A stretch of DNA of 64,000 bases from Candidatus Gastranaerophilales bacterium (GCA_944326485.1 CALVED010000006.1:18944-82943); one strand, 5' to 3'. Shown: positions 36,715 to 46,029, numbered from the stretch's first letter. The notes: generated by a model not told the origin, from the sequence alone. Numbers and translations are program-made.

Positions 36715-37710
36715 TTATTCTAATTTCAAATAATTATTTACTGCATCTATAATCTCATCAACTTCAATTTCTTCCATGCAAGGAGCATAAAGATTTTTTG
36801 ATTTTCTTAAATATTTGCATTTCCTTCTGTTACACGGAACACAAGGCTTCTTGGATATTATATTAACTCCGCTGCAAAAACAGCCTGTTCTGTCTGCAGG
36901 CATGGAACCAAATAAACCTATTGATTTTACGCCTAATGCCGTCGCAATGTGTAATGGCCCCGAGTCGCCAGATATCATAACATCCGCTTGAGAAATAATT
37001 GCTATGGAATTTATTAGCGGTAATTCGCCTATAAAATTTACACTGTCTTTTATATTATTAAGCGGTGATAAAATTTCTTTATCTTCTTTCGCTCCGTTTA
37101 AAATTATTGTTCCGTTGTATTTTTCTTGAAGTCTATTGCCAAGCTCTACCCATTTATTAACAGGATAAGTTCTACCTTGTCTTTTTGAAAATACTCCGCC
37201 TGCATTAATAACTATATAAGGTCTTTTATATTCTTTTAGTTTCTCTTTCGCAAATAAAACAGCTTCTTTGGGAAGGTATAATTTTATCTCTTTTTCTTCT
37301 CCTAAATCAGAAAATATCTTTTTGCCTGTGTGCCAAAAATTAATAACAGCGTGTTCTTTAAAACTTTTTCTGTATATAACTTGCTTCTTTATTTTAGCCA
37401 GAAAGATTAAAAACTTTATTTTGAAAGAAGGCTGTAAATTAATTACTAAATCATAATTATTTTGTTTTAATTCTTCTGCCAAAGTTTTAGTATATTCAGA
37501 AAACATTTTAAACTTAGGATTAATGGTAATAACTTTTTCAATATCAGTATCTTCAATTAATAAAGGTTTTATAAGCTCGCTTGTTAAATAGTGGATTTTT
37601 ATATTTGGATGTAGTTTCTTTATAGCTCTATAAAGTGCAGTAGTATGAACTACATCACCAATAGCACCTGTTCTTATAATAAGAATTTTTTTAATATCGT
37701 CACTGTTCAT
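36715..37710 (-). CDS. glycosyltransferase family 9 (LPS heptosyltransferase-like)
   Basis: ILIIRTGAIGDVVHTTA N-terminal motif and SGDSGPLHIATALGVKSIGLFG C-terminal motif, as in the RfaF/RfaC family. Confidence 0.8.
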   Translation of the reverse strand: MNSDDIKKILIIRTGAIGDVVHTTALYRAIKKLHPNIKIHYLTSELIKPLLIEDTDIEKVITINPKFKMFSEYTKTLAEELKQNNYDLVINLQPSFKIKFLIFLAKIKKQVIYRKSFKEHAVINFWHTGKKIFSDLGEEKEIKLYLPKEAVLFAKEKLKEYKRPYIVINAGGVFSKRQGRTYPVNKWVELGNRLQEKYNGTIILNGAKEDKEILSPLNNIKDSVNFIGELPLINSIAIISQADVMISGDSGPLHIATALGVKSIGLFGSMPADRTGCFCSGVNIISKKPCVPCNRRKCKYLRKSKNLYAPCMEEIEVDEIIDAVNNYLKLE

Positions 37711-37743
37711 ATAAGTATTTTACAACAAATTATGATAGAGTGT

Positions 37744-37791
37744 GTCCGAGAAAAATTCACAATAAGCTGAAAGTGCGATACTAGATTAAAT
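37744..37791 (+). repeat. family-1 repeat, minimal copy (5' end fused to 3' end) (copy 9)
   Basis: GTCCGAGAAAAATTCACAATAAGCTGAAAGTG|CGATACTAGATTAAAT. The junction lies inside the AAAGTG hexamer, which occurs at both places in full copies. Confidence 0.9.
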
Positions 37792-37799
37792 TGATATTT

Positions 37800-38756
37800 T
37801 TAAACATTAGAACTTAAAGGTAATTCTATTTGTTCTAAATATTTAACAGCACTGCAAGCTGCAACTGCGCCATCGGCTGCTGCCGTTATAACCTGCCTTA
37901 ACGGCGTATTTCTTACATCACCCGCCGCATATACCCCATTTAATGATGTTTGCATGTTGTTGTCTGTTTCAATAAATCCTTGCGAATTTTGCTTTATTTG
38001 ACCGTTAAATTTATCAACATTCGGACCGAATCCAATATAAGGAAATACTCCGTCAACCTCTAAATTGAATTGCTTATTTGTTTCTACATTCTTTAAAATA
38101 ATATTTTCAACAGTATTTGTTCCTTGAATTTCAAGCGGAATAGTGCATAAAATAAATTCAATTTTATCGTTTTTAAAAGCTCGCTCTTGAACAATTTTAT
38201 CTGCTCTTAATTGGTCCCTGCGGTGAATAATATAAACCTTTTTTGCAAATTTAGTAAGATAAATAGCTTCTTCAACGGCAGAGTTTCCGCCGCCTATAAC
38301 CGCAACAGTCTTATCCTTATAAAATGCACCGTCACAAACAGCACAATAACTTACGCCTCTGCCTTTGAATTCTTTCTCGCCTTTAATGCCAAGTTCTTTT
38401 GCTTTTGCTCCTGTCGCTATAATAATTGATTTGGATTTGAAAATAGTATCATTTGTTTCAACGGTTTTAAGTTCATTTACTAAATCAATTTTTTCAATTT
38501 CTACCATCGGAAACTTCTCAACACCGAATTTATCAGCATGCTCTTCAAATTTCTCCATTAACTCAAATCCGCCTATTAAAGAAAACCCGGGGTAATTTTC
38601 AAGCTCTAAATAATTAGAAGGCTGACCGCCAAACATATTTATATCAAGAATGGCTGTTTTTAAATTGCCTCTCGCCGCATATATCGCAGCAGAAAAACCT
38701 GCTGGGCCTGAACCTAATATTATTAAATCAAAAAATAATTCTTTCTTCTCTGTCAT
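37800..38756 (-). CDS. trxB: thioredoxin-disulfide reductase
   Basis: GSGPAG FAD motif, redox-active CAVCDG, GGGNSAVEEA NADPH motif, and GVYAAGDV. Confidence 0.93.
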   Translation of the reverse strand: MTEKKELFFDLIILGSGPAGFSAAIYAARGNLKTAILDINMFGGQPSNYLELENYPGFSLIGGFELMEKFEEHADKFGVEKFPMVEIEKIDLVNELKTVETNDTIFKSKSIIIATGAKAKELGIKGEKEFKGRGVSYCAVCDGAFYKDKTVAVIGGGNSAVEEAIYLTKFAKKVYIIHRRDQLRADKIVQERAFKNDKIEFILCTIPLEIQGTNTVENIILKNVETNKQFNLEVDGVFPYIGFGPNVDKFNGQIKQNSQGFIETDNNMQTSLNGVYAAGDVRNTPLRQVITAAADGAVAACSAVKYLEQIELPLSSNV

Positions 38757-38772
38757 CTGTCCTCACTCTTTT

Positions 38773-39270
38773 TTACATCCCAAATATCCCTGAAATAGGG
38801 GAGCCTGATATTTTAGTGCCTCTTACTTCATATTCGACGTAATCTTCTTTTATTAGGTTCCCATCTTTAAATGTTCTTATAACTATTTTATCAACTCCTG
38901 TGAAATTGTCACCTTGTAAAGTTAATATTGGTGTTTCTATAGATTCTTCATCAGGGAAATTCGTCCTTTTTTCAAATTTAACAGTTGTTCCTTTTACATC
39001 ATCAACTGTTATATCTGCTCTTGCACCGGAAAGAGGATTTCTTAATGTTATTATGTCGCCTTGTCTTGTTAGAGTCCAAATATCAACGCTTTTTGTATTG
39101 TATAATTCTTTGTCTGTTGATTTTGTACATACCGATACAACCTTCCAGTCGCCGAAAAATCCCGATGGTACTTTATCGGACATGGCAACAGAACCTTCTA
39201 TTACCTGCGCTGTAACAGGTAAAATGCACGCAAAAAATAAAATGATAAAAATAAATAATATCTTCTTCAT
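38773..39270 (-). CDS. secreted hypothetical protein
   Basis: Signal peptide MKKILFIFIILFFACILPVTAQV. 165 aa, with no recognised domain. Confidence 0.55.
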   Translation of the reverse strand: MKKILFIFIILFFACILPVTAQVIEGSVAMSDKVPSGFFGDWKVVSVCTKSTDKELYNTKSVDIWTLTRQGDIITLRNPLSGARADITVDDVKGTTVKFEKRTNFPDEESIETPILTLQGDNFTGVDKIVIRTFKDGNLIKEDYVEYEVRGTKISGSPISGIFGM

Positions 39271-39378
39271 ATTATCTATTTAAGAATATTTTTATAATAA
39301 TCAAATCTGACTGTGTGTATAATAACTTTTATTATATTTTGTGCAAAAAAATTTATATTATATTTTGAATTATTATTT

Positions 39379-39404
39379 GTCTAAGAAAAAATTCGCGATA
39401 AGCT
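39379..39404 (+). repeat. family-1 repeat, 5' stub abutting the murI stop (copy 10)
   Basis: GTCTAAGAAAAAATTCGCGATAAGCT. Confidence 0.7.
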
Positions 39405-40207
39405 TATTTTATAAGCAATTCGTTTAATGAAATTTCTTGAGCATTATCTACTTTATAAAATAATTTAGAAGCAGAAATAAATTGCTCTGGCTTACTGCTG
39501 ACGTAAAACTTTGGTTCGTGCGATTTTTTACCGTTTAGTATTTCATTCTGTTTTAAATCGTTTACAATATAATTCGCAAAATATTTTGCCGGATTGATAT
39601 ATACTTCATTTGGTTCAAGCTTTTGCAAAACATCTAAAAGATAAGGATAATGTGTGCAGCCTAAAATAATACTGTCTACATTGTAAGTTAACATTTCATC
39701 TAAATGCATTTTTATATTTTGAATGCTTTTTTCATCATTTTGAAGTTCATTCTCAACAATATTAACCCACTCGGGACAGGCAATTTCAACAATATTACAG
39801 TTTGGATTATATTTACTTATTTCGTTTTTATAAGCATGAGAATTTATAGTTGCATTTGTAGCAAAAACACCAATATTAGTATGATTTTCATTTGCAATAC
39901 ATTTTGCAACACTTTGAACAACAGGGTAAATCTTAAAATTATACTTTGTTCTTAAGGTATCATAAGTAACAGCAGAAGTGGTATTGCAAGCCATAATAAC
40001 AGCTTTAACATTCTTTGATTTGAAAAAATCAAAAATCTTGCCGGAAATATTAATTAATTGCTCTTTTGTCTTATTTCCATAAGGAAGATTAATGGTATCT
40101 CCAAAATAAATATAATTTTCATTGGGTAACAGCTTTACCAGTTCGGCAAAAACACTTAACCCTCCAACACCTGAATCAAAAATACCAATGGGACTGTCAT
40201 TATTCAT
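39404..40207 (-). CDS. murI: glutamate racemase
   Basis: IGIFDSGVGGLSV. Catalytic Cys motifs MACNTTSA and LGCTHYP. Confidence 0.93.
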   Translation of the reverse strand: MNNDSPIGIFDSGVGGLSVFAELVKLLPNENYIYFGDTINLPYGNKTKEQLINISGKIFDFFKSKNVKAVIMACNTTSAVTYDTLRTKYNFKIYPVVQSVAKCIANENHTNIGVFATNATINSHAYKNEISKYNPNCNIVEIACPEWVNIVENELQNDEKSIQNIKMHLDEMLTYNVDSIILGCTHYPYLLDVLQKLEPNEVYINPAKYFANYIVNDLKQNEILNGKKSHEPKFYVSSKPEQFISASKLFYKVDNAQEISLNELLIK

Positions 40208-40216
40208 TTTTTCTTT

Positions 40217-42247
40217 TTAATACTCCGTTAAGTAATTAACTATTCCGTCCGCTATGGCTTGAGCTGAATCCGTTTGCCTTCTTTCAGATGTTAACAAATT
40301 CTTTTCCTGTTCGTTCGAAATAAAACCTAATTCTAATAAAACAGCGGGCGCTTCTGTGTGATTTATAACATAAAATTTTGACTTGAACAAGCCTCTGTCT
40401 GTCGCTGAAATATTTGAAATTAATTCTTTGTGTATTACTTTAGCAACATCATAACCTCTATCAGAATAATAGTGTGTTTCAATACCATTTATTTCTGATT
40501 TAACACTTGAATTGATATGTATACTTACAAAAAGATCAGCATTATAATCATTTGCTATTCTTACTCTGTCCGCAAGCGATAATGTAGTATCACTTGTTCT
40601 TGTCATAATTACTTTATTAAATCCTTTTTCCTTTAGTACTTTTCTGAGTTTTAATGCAATATCTAAAGTTAAATCTTTTTCAAGAACACTGCCTCTTAAA
40701 GCACCTGTATCATTACCACCGTGACCCGGGTCTATTACAATAACTTTATTTTTTATTTTGTTTGTTGCTATAGGACCTTTATTAATTGGCTTTTTGGTAT
40801 TCTGTCTTTCCAGTAAATTCGCAAATGGGCTTTCTTTTTTTACGTTGCTTTTATAAGTTTGCGGCCTTACTATCTCTTTTGTTTCTTTTGCTGCTTTTAT
40901 CTCATCTTTGATATTAGGTTCTTCTATTTTTGAAACTATCTTGGGTGTCGTGAAAACAAATCTTAACTGAGATGCATTTAAGGTTTCATAACAGTCTACT
41001 AATGTTGAATTTTTTATAGGAAATAACAATTTATACATGTTCGCACTAATCTGTTTGGCAATAAATCCTGTTTTATTTGTTTGTGCAATAGCATTAAATG
41101 AACTTACATTAAAGTTTGCTAAATTGTACAATATAACACTAATATAACCACTTTCTCTTTGTATTGAATAAATTATAGGATTTGAAAATATTATATTGAT
41201 TACGTTGGTGTTTTCATTTACATTTTGTTCTTTAAAATAAGCTAATTCGGATAAAGAACCTGTAAGATTAACACCTGCTAAATTGTTTGGATTAGCTATT
41301 AATAAAGTTTGAAGATTTGATGAGTAAATGGGTCTATATATTTGAGGTGTTGGCGTGTTTATTACAATTCTTGCTTTTGATGGCTCAAATTGACCTATTT
41401 TAACAGATTCTGTTTCTGATATTTTTATTTCTTTATCTCTTAATTCTTGAAGAACAATTGTATTGGGTAAATCAAAAACAACTCTTGACGGCTCTGTTAA
41501 TGTAAAAGGTTTCTCAATGTTTATTACACCAATACCTGAAATTAATATATTCCCATTTTTTATTACAACTTTCTCAAGAAAAAATCTTGACTTTAATCTT
41601 GCTTGTTTTTGTTCAATATTTGGTCTTACAAGTTGTTGGTCATCTTCTTTAAATGCTTGTTGGACCTTGTTAAAAATTTCGTCGGCTTCTTTTGTCTGAG
41701 TTTGTTCTTCAGGTATAACAACTGCTTTATCATAATATTCTGCAGCAGAACTTTTTGTTTCCTTATATATTTGCGTAAGATACTGCTGCAATGGTGTTTC
41801 ACTGCTTAGTTTTATAATTATATTGTTTTTGATTTTTAGTACCTTGATTTGAGATGCATCATAATTTGGTGAATTCCATATTACAATACGAACAATATTT
41901 GGTTCTGTTGAATTTTGCGCTATTTTTAATTGTGTTAATCGACTGTTCTTTAATGAAAATGTTGAATTAGGAAATGTAATTACTGCATTTTCTATATCAA
42001 AAAATACTCTGTCAGGATTCGTTAATGCTTTTTTTGTTATTTTTAAGTCTGTTTGTTCATCACTGCCTGATGTGCCTAAAAATATTATGGAATCTGAATT
42101 ATCAAAATTAATGCTGTTTATCTTTAAATTTTCAGCTGCATAAACTGATGTATTGAAAAAAGAAAAAAAGCTGCTATTATTGCTTTGAAAAGGAACAATA
42201 ATCATAAAAAAATATATAAATAGCAGTATTAGAAGCTTTTGTCTCAT
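40217..42247 (-). CDS. N-acetylmuramoyl-L-alanine amidase with N-terminal AMIN-type repeats (AmiC-like)
   Basis: Signal/anchor sequence. Repeated RVFFDIENA / RVVFDLPNT AMIN-like segments. C-terminal Amidase_3 motifs VIDPGHGGNDTGA, SIHINS and LLELGFISN. Confidence 0.85.
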   Translation of the reverse strand: MRQKLLILLFIYFFMIIVPFQSNNSSFFSFFNTSVYAAENLKINSINFDNSDSIIFLGTSGSDEQTDLKITKKALTNPDRVFFDIENAVITFPNSTFSLKNSRLTQLKIAQNSTEPNIVRIVIWNSPNYDASQIKVLKIKNNIIIKLSSETPLQQYLTQIYKETKSSAAEYYDKAVVIPEEQTQTKEADEIFNKVQQAFKEDDQQLVRPNIEQKQARLKSRFFLEKVVIKNGNILISGIGVINIEKPFTLTEPSRVVFDLPNTIVLQELRDKEIKISETESVKIGQFEPSKARIVINTPTPQIYRPIYSSNLQTLLIANPNNLAGVNLTGSLSELAYFKEQNVNENTNVINIIFSNPIIYSIQRESGYISVILYNLANFNVSSFNAIAQTNKTGFIAKQISANMYKLLFPIKNSTLVDCYETLNASQLRFVFTTPKIVSKIEEPNIKDEIKAAKETKEIVRPQTYKSNVKKESPFANLLERQNTKKPINKGPIATNKIKNKVIVIDPGHGGNDTGALRGSVLEKDLTLDIALKLRKVLKEKGFNKVIMTRTSDTTLSLADRVRIANDYNADLFVSIHINSSVKSEINGIETHYYSDRGYDVAKVIHKELISNISATDRGLFKSKFYVINHTEAPAVLLELGFISNEQEKNLLTSERRQTDSAQAIADGIVNYLTEY

Positions 42248-42339
42248 ATTAATAATAATAAACTTAAATGTGTGAATATCAAATATTTAACAAAAAATAA
42301 AAGAATAAGAACGAGTTAATATCACTATTTATTTAATTT

Positions 42340-42365
42340 GTCTGAGAAAAATTTCACGATAAGCT
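42340..42365 (+). repeat. family-1 repeat, 5' stub (copy 11)
   Basis: GTCTGAGAAAAATTTCACGATAAGCT. Confidence 0.7.
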
Positions 42366-42382
42366 TCGGTATAGTTAAAAAT

Positions 42383-42410
42383 AAAAAAGGGAATTATTAT
42401 TCCCTTTTTT
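42383..42410 (-). terminator. intrinsic terminator of the EF-hand gene (bidirectional shape)
   Basis: Stem GGGAAT / ATTCCC flanked by an A-run and a T-run. Confidence 0.7.
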
Positions 42411-42972
42411 ATGAATTTGAACTTGAACTGATGTTAGGTTGAAGCGAATCTAAAACGCTTGAGGTGTCATCTTCAACCCCGTCATTATAATAAAGACTTG
42501 TATCAGAAGCTTTGTAAGATTTATATTTAGCCTCTACTTCATATCTTTGGCAATCATAACTGAATTTAGTTATTTCATCACTTGTAACTCTTCCGTCGCC
42601 ATTAGAATCAATTTTATTGAAATATTGAAGAACAGTAGATAAAAGAGTAGAATCCGCACTTCCTGAAGCACATAAAGATTGAAGTTCACTATAGGTTAAA
42701 CCTTGTGCTTGCATAGTATTCATTAAGTTGTTTAAATCTGTGCCTGATATTTCACCATCACCATCTTTGTCAAGAGAAGCAAAGTTATTTGTCATATATT
42801 GAACAAAAGAATAATTTGAACCAAGACTTAACAATGTTGTACTTGAAAGATTAGATAAATCGTTAAGTGAAATGCCTTTACCTGATGTGCTATTTGTCAT
42901 AAGTGTTGAATATGTTGATGCTAAACCTGCCATCGCACTTGATAATAATGATTGTCCATTTAATAAACTCAT
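42409..42972 (-). CDS. EF-hand pair calcium-binding protein
   Basis: Canonical loops DKDGDGEISGTDL and DSNGDGRVTSDE. S/T/N-rich N-terminus with no signal peptide. Confidence 0.7.
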   Translation of the reverse strand: MSLLNGQSLLSSAMAGLASTYSTLMTNSTSGKGISLNDLSNLSSTTLLSLGSNYSFVQYMTNNFASLDKDGDGEISGTDLNNLMNTMQAQGLTYSELQSLCASGSADSTLLSTVLQYFNKIDSNGDGRVTSDEITKFSYDCQRYEVEAKYKSYKASDTSLYYNDGVEDDTSSVLDSLQPNISSSSNS

Positions 42973-43055
42973 ATTTGTGCTCCTTAATTAAATATAATTA
43001 TCCGTACTAATATCTTAATGACATTTTGAAGAAAGTAAACCGTTTATTTATATTA

Positions 43056-43123
43056 TTTTTTGAGTGACATTTACAAAAATTGAGTATTTTGTTTGTGTGA
43101 ATGAAACGGTAACATAGTATAAT
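43056..43123 (+). repeat. degenerate family-1 fragment (parts of modules B and C)
   Basis: TTTTTGAGTGAC..TTGAGTATTTTGTT..GTGAATGAAACGGTAACATAGTATAAT, compared with consensus TTTTTGAGTGAGC..GGTGAGTACTTTGTT..CGGTAACAAAGTGCGATAC. Confidence 0.4.
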
Positions 43124-43153
43124 GCCATTAAAAAAGAGTTCAATTGAACTCTT

Positions 43154-43654
43154 TTAACTTTTCTTATTTTTATTATAAGCTTTTATTTGTTGGCTGGATA
43201 ATGTTGCTTTAAATTGCTGTTCGTAACATTTACATATTTCTTTTTTCGTTTTTTCAAGTTTTTTAATTAATCTCTTTTGTTTTCTTATTTCACTTGATTT
43301 GGCACAAGATTTTTCTAATTGACAAAGCTTCTGTTTTTCACATTGAAGTCTTTCATTTAAACTTAAAACTTCTTGGTTATATTTTTCTTGAATTTTATGT
43401 GCATTGCAAATTTGTGAACTGCTTAAATTCATACATCTGAATAAAGTATTCATCTTGCAATTAGTACATAAAAAACATTCATCAGGACAAGGCGTTACAG
43501 ATGTTTGTGGACAAGGAGTTTCACAAGGTTTTTGAACTTGTTTTTCACAAGGTGCGGCGGGTGTCATTTGTTTTTTGCAACAATCATCTTGAGCAAAAGC
43601 TGTAAGTGAACACAAACAGATAAAGGATAATAATAGTAAGTATAGTTTTTTCAT
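43154..43654 (-). CDS. secreted Cys/Pro-rich protein with two LTxxQ-like motifs (Spy/CpxP/ZraP-like, tentative)
   Basis: Signal peptide MKKLYLLLLSFICLCSLTAFA. About 12 Cys in CCKK..PCEK..PCETPCP..PCPDECFLCTNC. LSSSQ and LSSQQ motifs within helical K/Q/E-rich sequence. Confidence 0.45.
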   Translation of the reverse strand: MKKLYLLLLSFICLCSLTAFAQDDCCKKQMTPAAPCEKQVQKPCETPCPQTSVTPCPDECFLCTNCKMNTLFRCMNLSSSQICNAHKIQEKYNQEVLSLNERLQCEKQKLCQLEKSCAKSSEIRKQKRLIKKLEKTKKEICKCYEQQFKATLSSQQIKAYNKNKKS

Positions 43655-43768
43655 TTTTCTTCTCCGTTATAACTTAGTACCGCAATAAGTATTAAGCATA
43701 AATATGTAATTTCATATTACATAATAGATTAGAAAAAGAATTATAAAGGATTAGTACAATAGGAGTAT

Positions 43769-43950
43769 GTCCGAGAAAAAATTCACTATATGCTGAAAGA
43801 GTGAGTAAATTTTTTTTACAAAACGAACCAAAAATTTTGTTTTTTACTGAGCTTGTATCCGTAGTGAAACGAAGGTGTGCAAAGTTTTCAAAAGGTGAGT
43901 ACTTTGTTGGCGAGGATGAGAAGGTAACAAAGTGCGATATTAGATCAAAT
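43769..43950 (+). repeat. family-1 repeat, full copy (copy 12)
   Basis: GTCCGAGAAAAAATTCACTATATGCTGAAAGAGTGAGTAAATTTTTTTTACAAAACGAACC..GTGAAACGAAGGTGTGC..GGTGAGTACTTTGTTGGCGAGGATGAGAAGGTAACAAAGTGCGATATTAGATCAAAT. Confidence 0.92.
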
Positions 43951-43951
43951 T

Positions 43952-43982
43952 AAAAAAGAGAAGCAATTTTGCTTCTCTTTTC
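43952..43982 (-). terminator. intrinsic terminator of rplL
   Basis: Stem AGAGAAGCA / TGCTTCTCT. On the minus strand it is followed by T6. Confidence 0.8.
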
Positions 43983-44004
43983 TATAGCTTTATTAAATAA
44001 ATAA

Positions 44005-44376
44005 CTATTTAATTTCAACAGTAGCACCAGCTGCTTCAAGTTGTTTCTTAATAGCTTCAGCATCTTCTTTTTTAACACCTTCTTTAATAGCTTTAGGAGC
44101 ACCGTCAACTAAATCTTTAGCTTCTTTTAAGCCAAGACCAGTGATAGCTCTAACTTCTTTAAGAACAGCTATTTTGTTAGCACCAGCAGAAGCTAAGATA
44201 ACGTTAACTTCAGAAGCTTCTTCTTGAGCAGCTTCAGCAGGAGCAGCAGCAACTGCAGCAACTGCAACAGGAGCAGCAGCAGAAACTCCAAATTTTTCTT
44301 CCATAGCTTTAACTAATTCAGCAGCTTCGATTAATGTTAATTTTTCAATTGATTCTAAAATAGATTCTACACTCAT
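44005..44376 (-). CDS. rplL: 50S ribosomal protein L7/L12
   Basis: 123 aa. Ala-rich hinge [18 protein letters not shown]-terminal KLGVIKEVR-like [26 protein letters not shown]. Confidence 0.95.
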   Translation of the reverse strand: MSVESILESIEKLTLIEAAELVKAMEEKFGVSAAAPVAVAAVAAAPAEAAQEEASEVNVILASAGANKIAVLKEVRAITGLGLKEAKDLVDGAPKAIKEGVKKEDAEAIKKQLEAAGATVEIK

Positions 44377-44422
44377 TTTATTTCTCCTTTTAATTTAAAT
44401 AATTTTACTAATTTACTAATAA

Positions 44423-44944
44423 TTAAGCAGTTTTTTGTTTTGCAACTTGATCCATAGCTCTAACTAAACCGCTCATAACAGCGTTAACAGCACCAACAAT
44501 ACCTGTAGCAGGTGAATTTATGCTGCCAAGCATTTTGGCATAAAGTTCTTCTTTTGAAGGAAGATCTGCAAGAACCTGAGTTTCTTTTGCATTTAAAAGT
44601 TTTCCGTCTAAAGCAGCAGCTACTATTTCACCTTTTTTAGCTTCTTTTATAAATTTAGTTAAAATTTTAGCAGGTGCAACTTCATCTTTAAAACCAAAAG
44701 CAATAGCAACAGGTCCTTTAAATGAATCAGCAAGAACTTCAAATTGAGTTCCTTTTGATGCAATCTTGGCTAAAGTATTTTTTGTTACCATATAATCACT
44801 GTTTTCTTTTTGAAGATTACGACGTAATTTAGTAATTTCTTCAACAGTTAAACCTCTATATTCAGTAACAACAGCAACTTTAGCCTTAGCAAAGTTTTCT
44901 TTCATTGCTTCAATTTTATCTTGTTTAAAGGCTTTTGTTGACAT
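44423..44944 (-). CDS. rplJ: 50S ribosomal protein L10
   Basis: 173 aa, immediately upstream of rplL. YRGLTVEEITKLRR motif. Confidence 0.93.
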   Translation of the reverse strand: MSTKAFKQDKIEAMKENFAKAKVAVVTEYRGLTVEEITKLRRNLQKENSDYMVTKNTLAKIASKGTQFEVLADSFKGPVAIAFGFKDEVAPAKILTKFIKEAKKGEIVAAALDGKLLNAKETQVLADLPSKEELYAKMLGSINSPATGIVGAVNAVMSGLVRAMDQVAKQKTA

Positions 44945-45170
44945 TTTATACTCCTTCTTCTGTATTATATCGACCTATTTTTGACATAAAAAAATTTACG
45001 TCTAACCGTAAATTTATCAATTACATATTTAAAACCAATCCATAAAATTGACTTATACTACTTTGATAATCCTCGGCGGGGTTTTGTTTTAAGGCTTTAG
45101 ATTTCTACTTTTTAGGTTGTAGCTTATCTAACTATGCCCCCTGCTTTCTACGGTTATGATTTTAATTTAT
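44945..45170 (-). promoter_or_regulatory. rplJ leader with an attenuator-like terminator hairpin (candidate L10 leader)
   Basis: About 225-nt untranslated region. The minus strand has a G/C-containing structured segment (GCAGGGGGC...CCCCGCCG). This is followed by hairpin AAATTTACG-GTTAGA-CGTAAATTT plus a T-run (plus-strand 44987..45015), just upstream of the RBS. Confidence 0.4.
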
Positions 45171-45237
45171 TATAAACATATTCTAAAATCAAGATAAAAA
45201 TTATAATTTTATTTGTAATGTAAATTTTATTAATAAT

Positions 45238-45428
45238 GTGCGAGAAGAAATTCATGATAAGCTGAATGTATGAGTGAATTTTTTTCCAAAACGAAAACGA
45301 ACCAAAAACTTTGTTTTTGAGTGAGCTTGTATGTATCAGTAGTGAAACGAAAGTGAATGGTGTTTTTAAAAGGTGAGTACTTTGTTAGCAACGATGAGAA
45401 GGTAACAAAGTGCGATACTAGATTAAAT
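45238..45428 (+). repeat. family-1 repeat, full copy with small insertions (copy 13)
   Basis: GTGCGAGAAGAAATTCATGATAAGCTGAATGTATGAGTGAATTTTTTTCCAAAACGAAAACGAACC..GTGAAACGAAAGTGAATGG..GGTGAGTACTTTGTTAGCAACGATGAGAAGGTAACAAAGTGCGATACTAGATTAAAT. Confidence 0.9.
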
Positions 45429-45448
45429 TATGTTGTTAAACATATCAT

Positions 45449-45477
45449 TTGCAAAGTAAAATCTATTTTGATACAAT
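45449..45477 (+). promoter_or_regulatory. sigma70-like promoter candidate for infC
   Basis: TTGCAA, a 17-nt spacer, then TACAAT. Lies about 30 nt upstream of the infC start region. Confidence 0.45.
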
Positions 45478-45507
45478 TATCTCGTTAGAAAATAGGAGGA
45501 TAATATC

Positions 45508-46029
45508 ATTAGTAAAGATTATAACCAACCCAATGCATTGTTAAACAAAAATATAAGAGCTAAAGAAGTCAGATTGATAGATGAAGAAGGAAATAATCAT
45601 GGGGTAGTTCTTACATCAAAAGCTCTTTTAATGGCAGAAGAAAGGGGGTTGGATTTAATTGTTGTTTCCCCAAATCAAGAACCTCCGGTTGCAAAAATTT
45701 TAGATTATGGAAAATATAAATACGAAATTGAAAAACGTGCAAAAGAATCTAAGAAAAAACAACATACAATTGAAATAAAAGAGATTAAAGTAAGATACAA
45801 AATTGATGTAAATGACTATAATGTCAAAATAAACAGTATTAAAAAATTTATAGCAAAAGGTAATAAAGTAAAGATTGTTGTAATGCTCAGAGGAAGAGAA
45901 ATGCAGCATAATCATTTAGCTTATGAACTTGCAAACAGATTTCTTACTGATCTTGAAGGTGAAAAATTGACGATTGAGAAAAAACCTTCTATGGACGGAA
46001 GAAATGTTGTTACTATATTAGCTCCATAA
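45508..46029 (+). CDS. infC: translation initiation factor IF-3 (probable AUU start)
   Basis: IRAKEVRLIDEEG and downstream IF-3 motifs. An in-frame ATT at 45508 lies 7 nt after AGGAGGA. The listed ORF start at 45538 is a TTG with no RBS. Confidence 0.85.
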   Translation: MSKDYNQPNALLNKNIRAKEVRLIDEEGNNHGVVLTSKALLMAEERGLDLIVVSPNQEPPVAKILDYGKYKYEIEKRAKESKKKQHTIEIKEIKVRYKIDVNDYNVKINSIKKFIAKGNKVKIVVMLRGREMQHNHLAYELANRFLTDLEGEKLTIEKKPSMDGRNVVTILAP

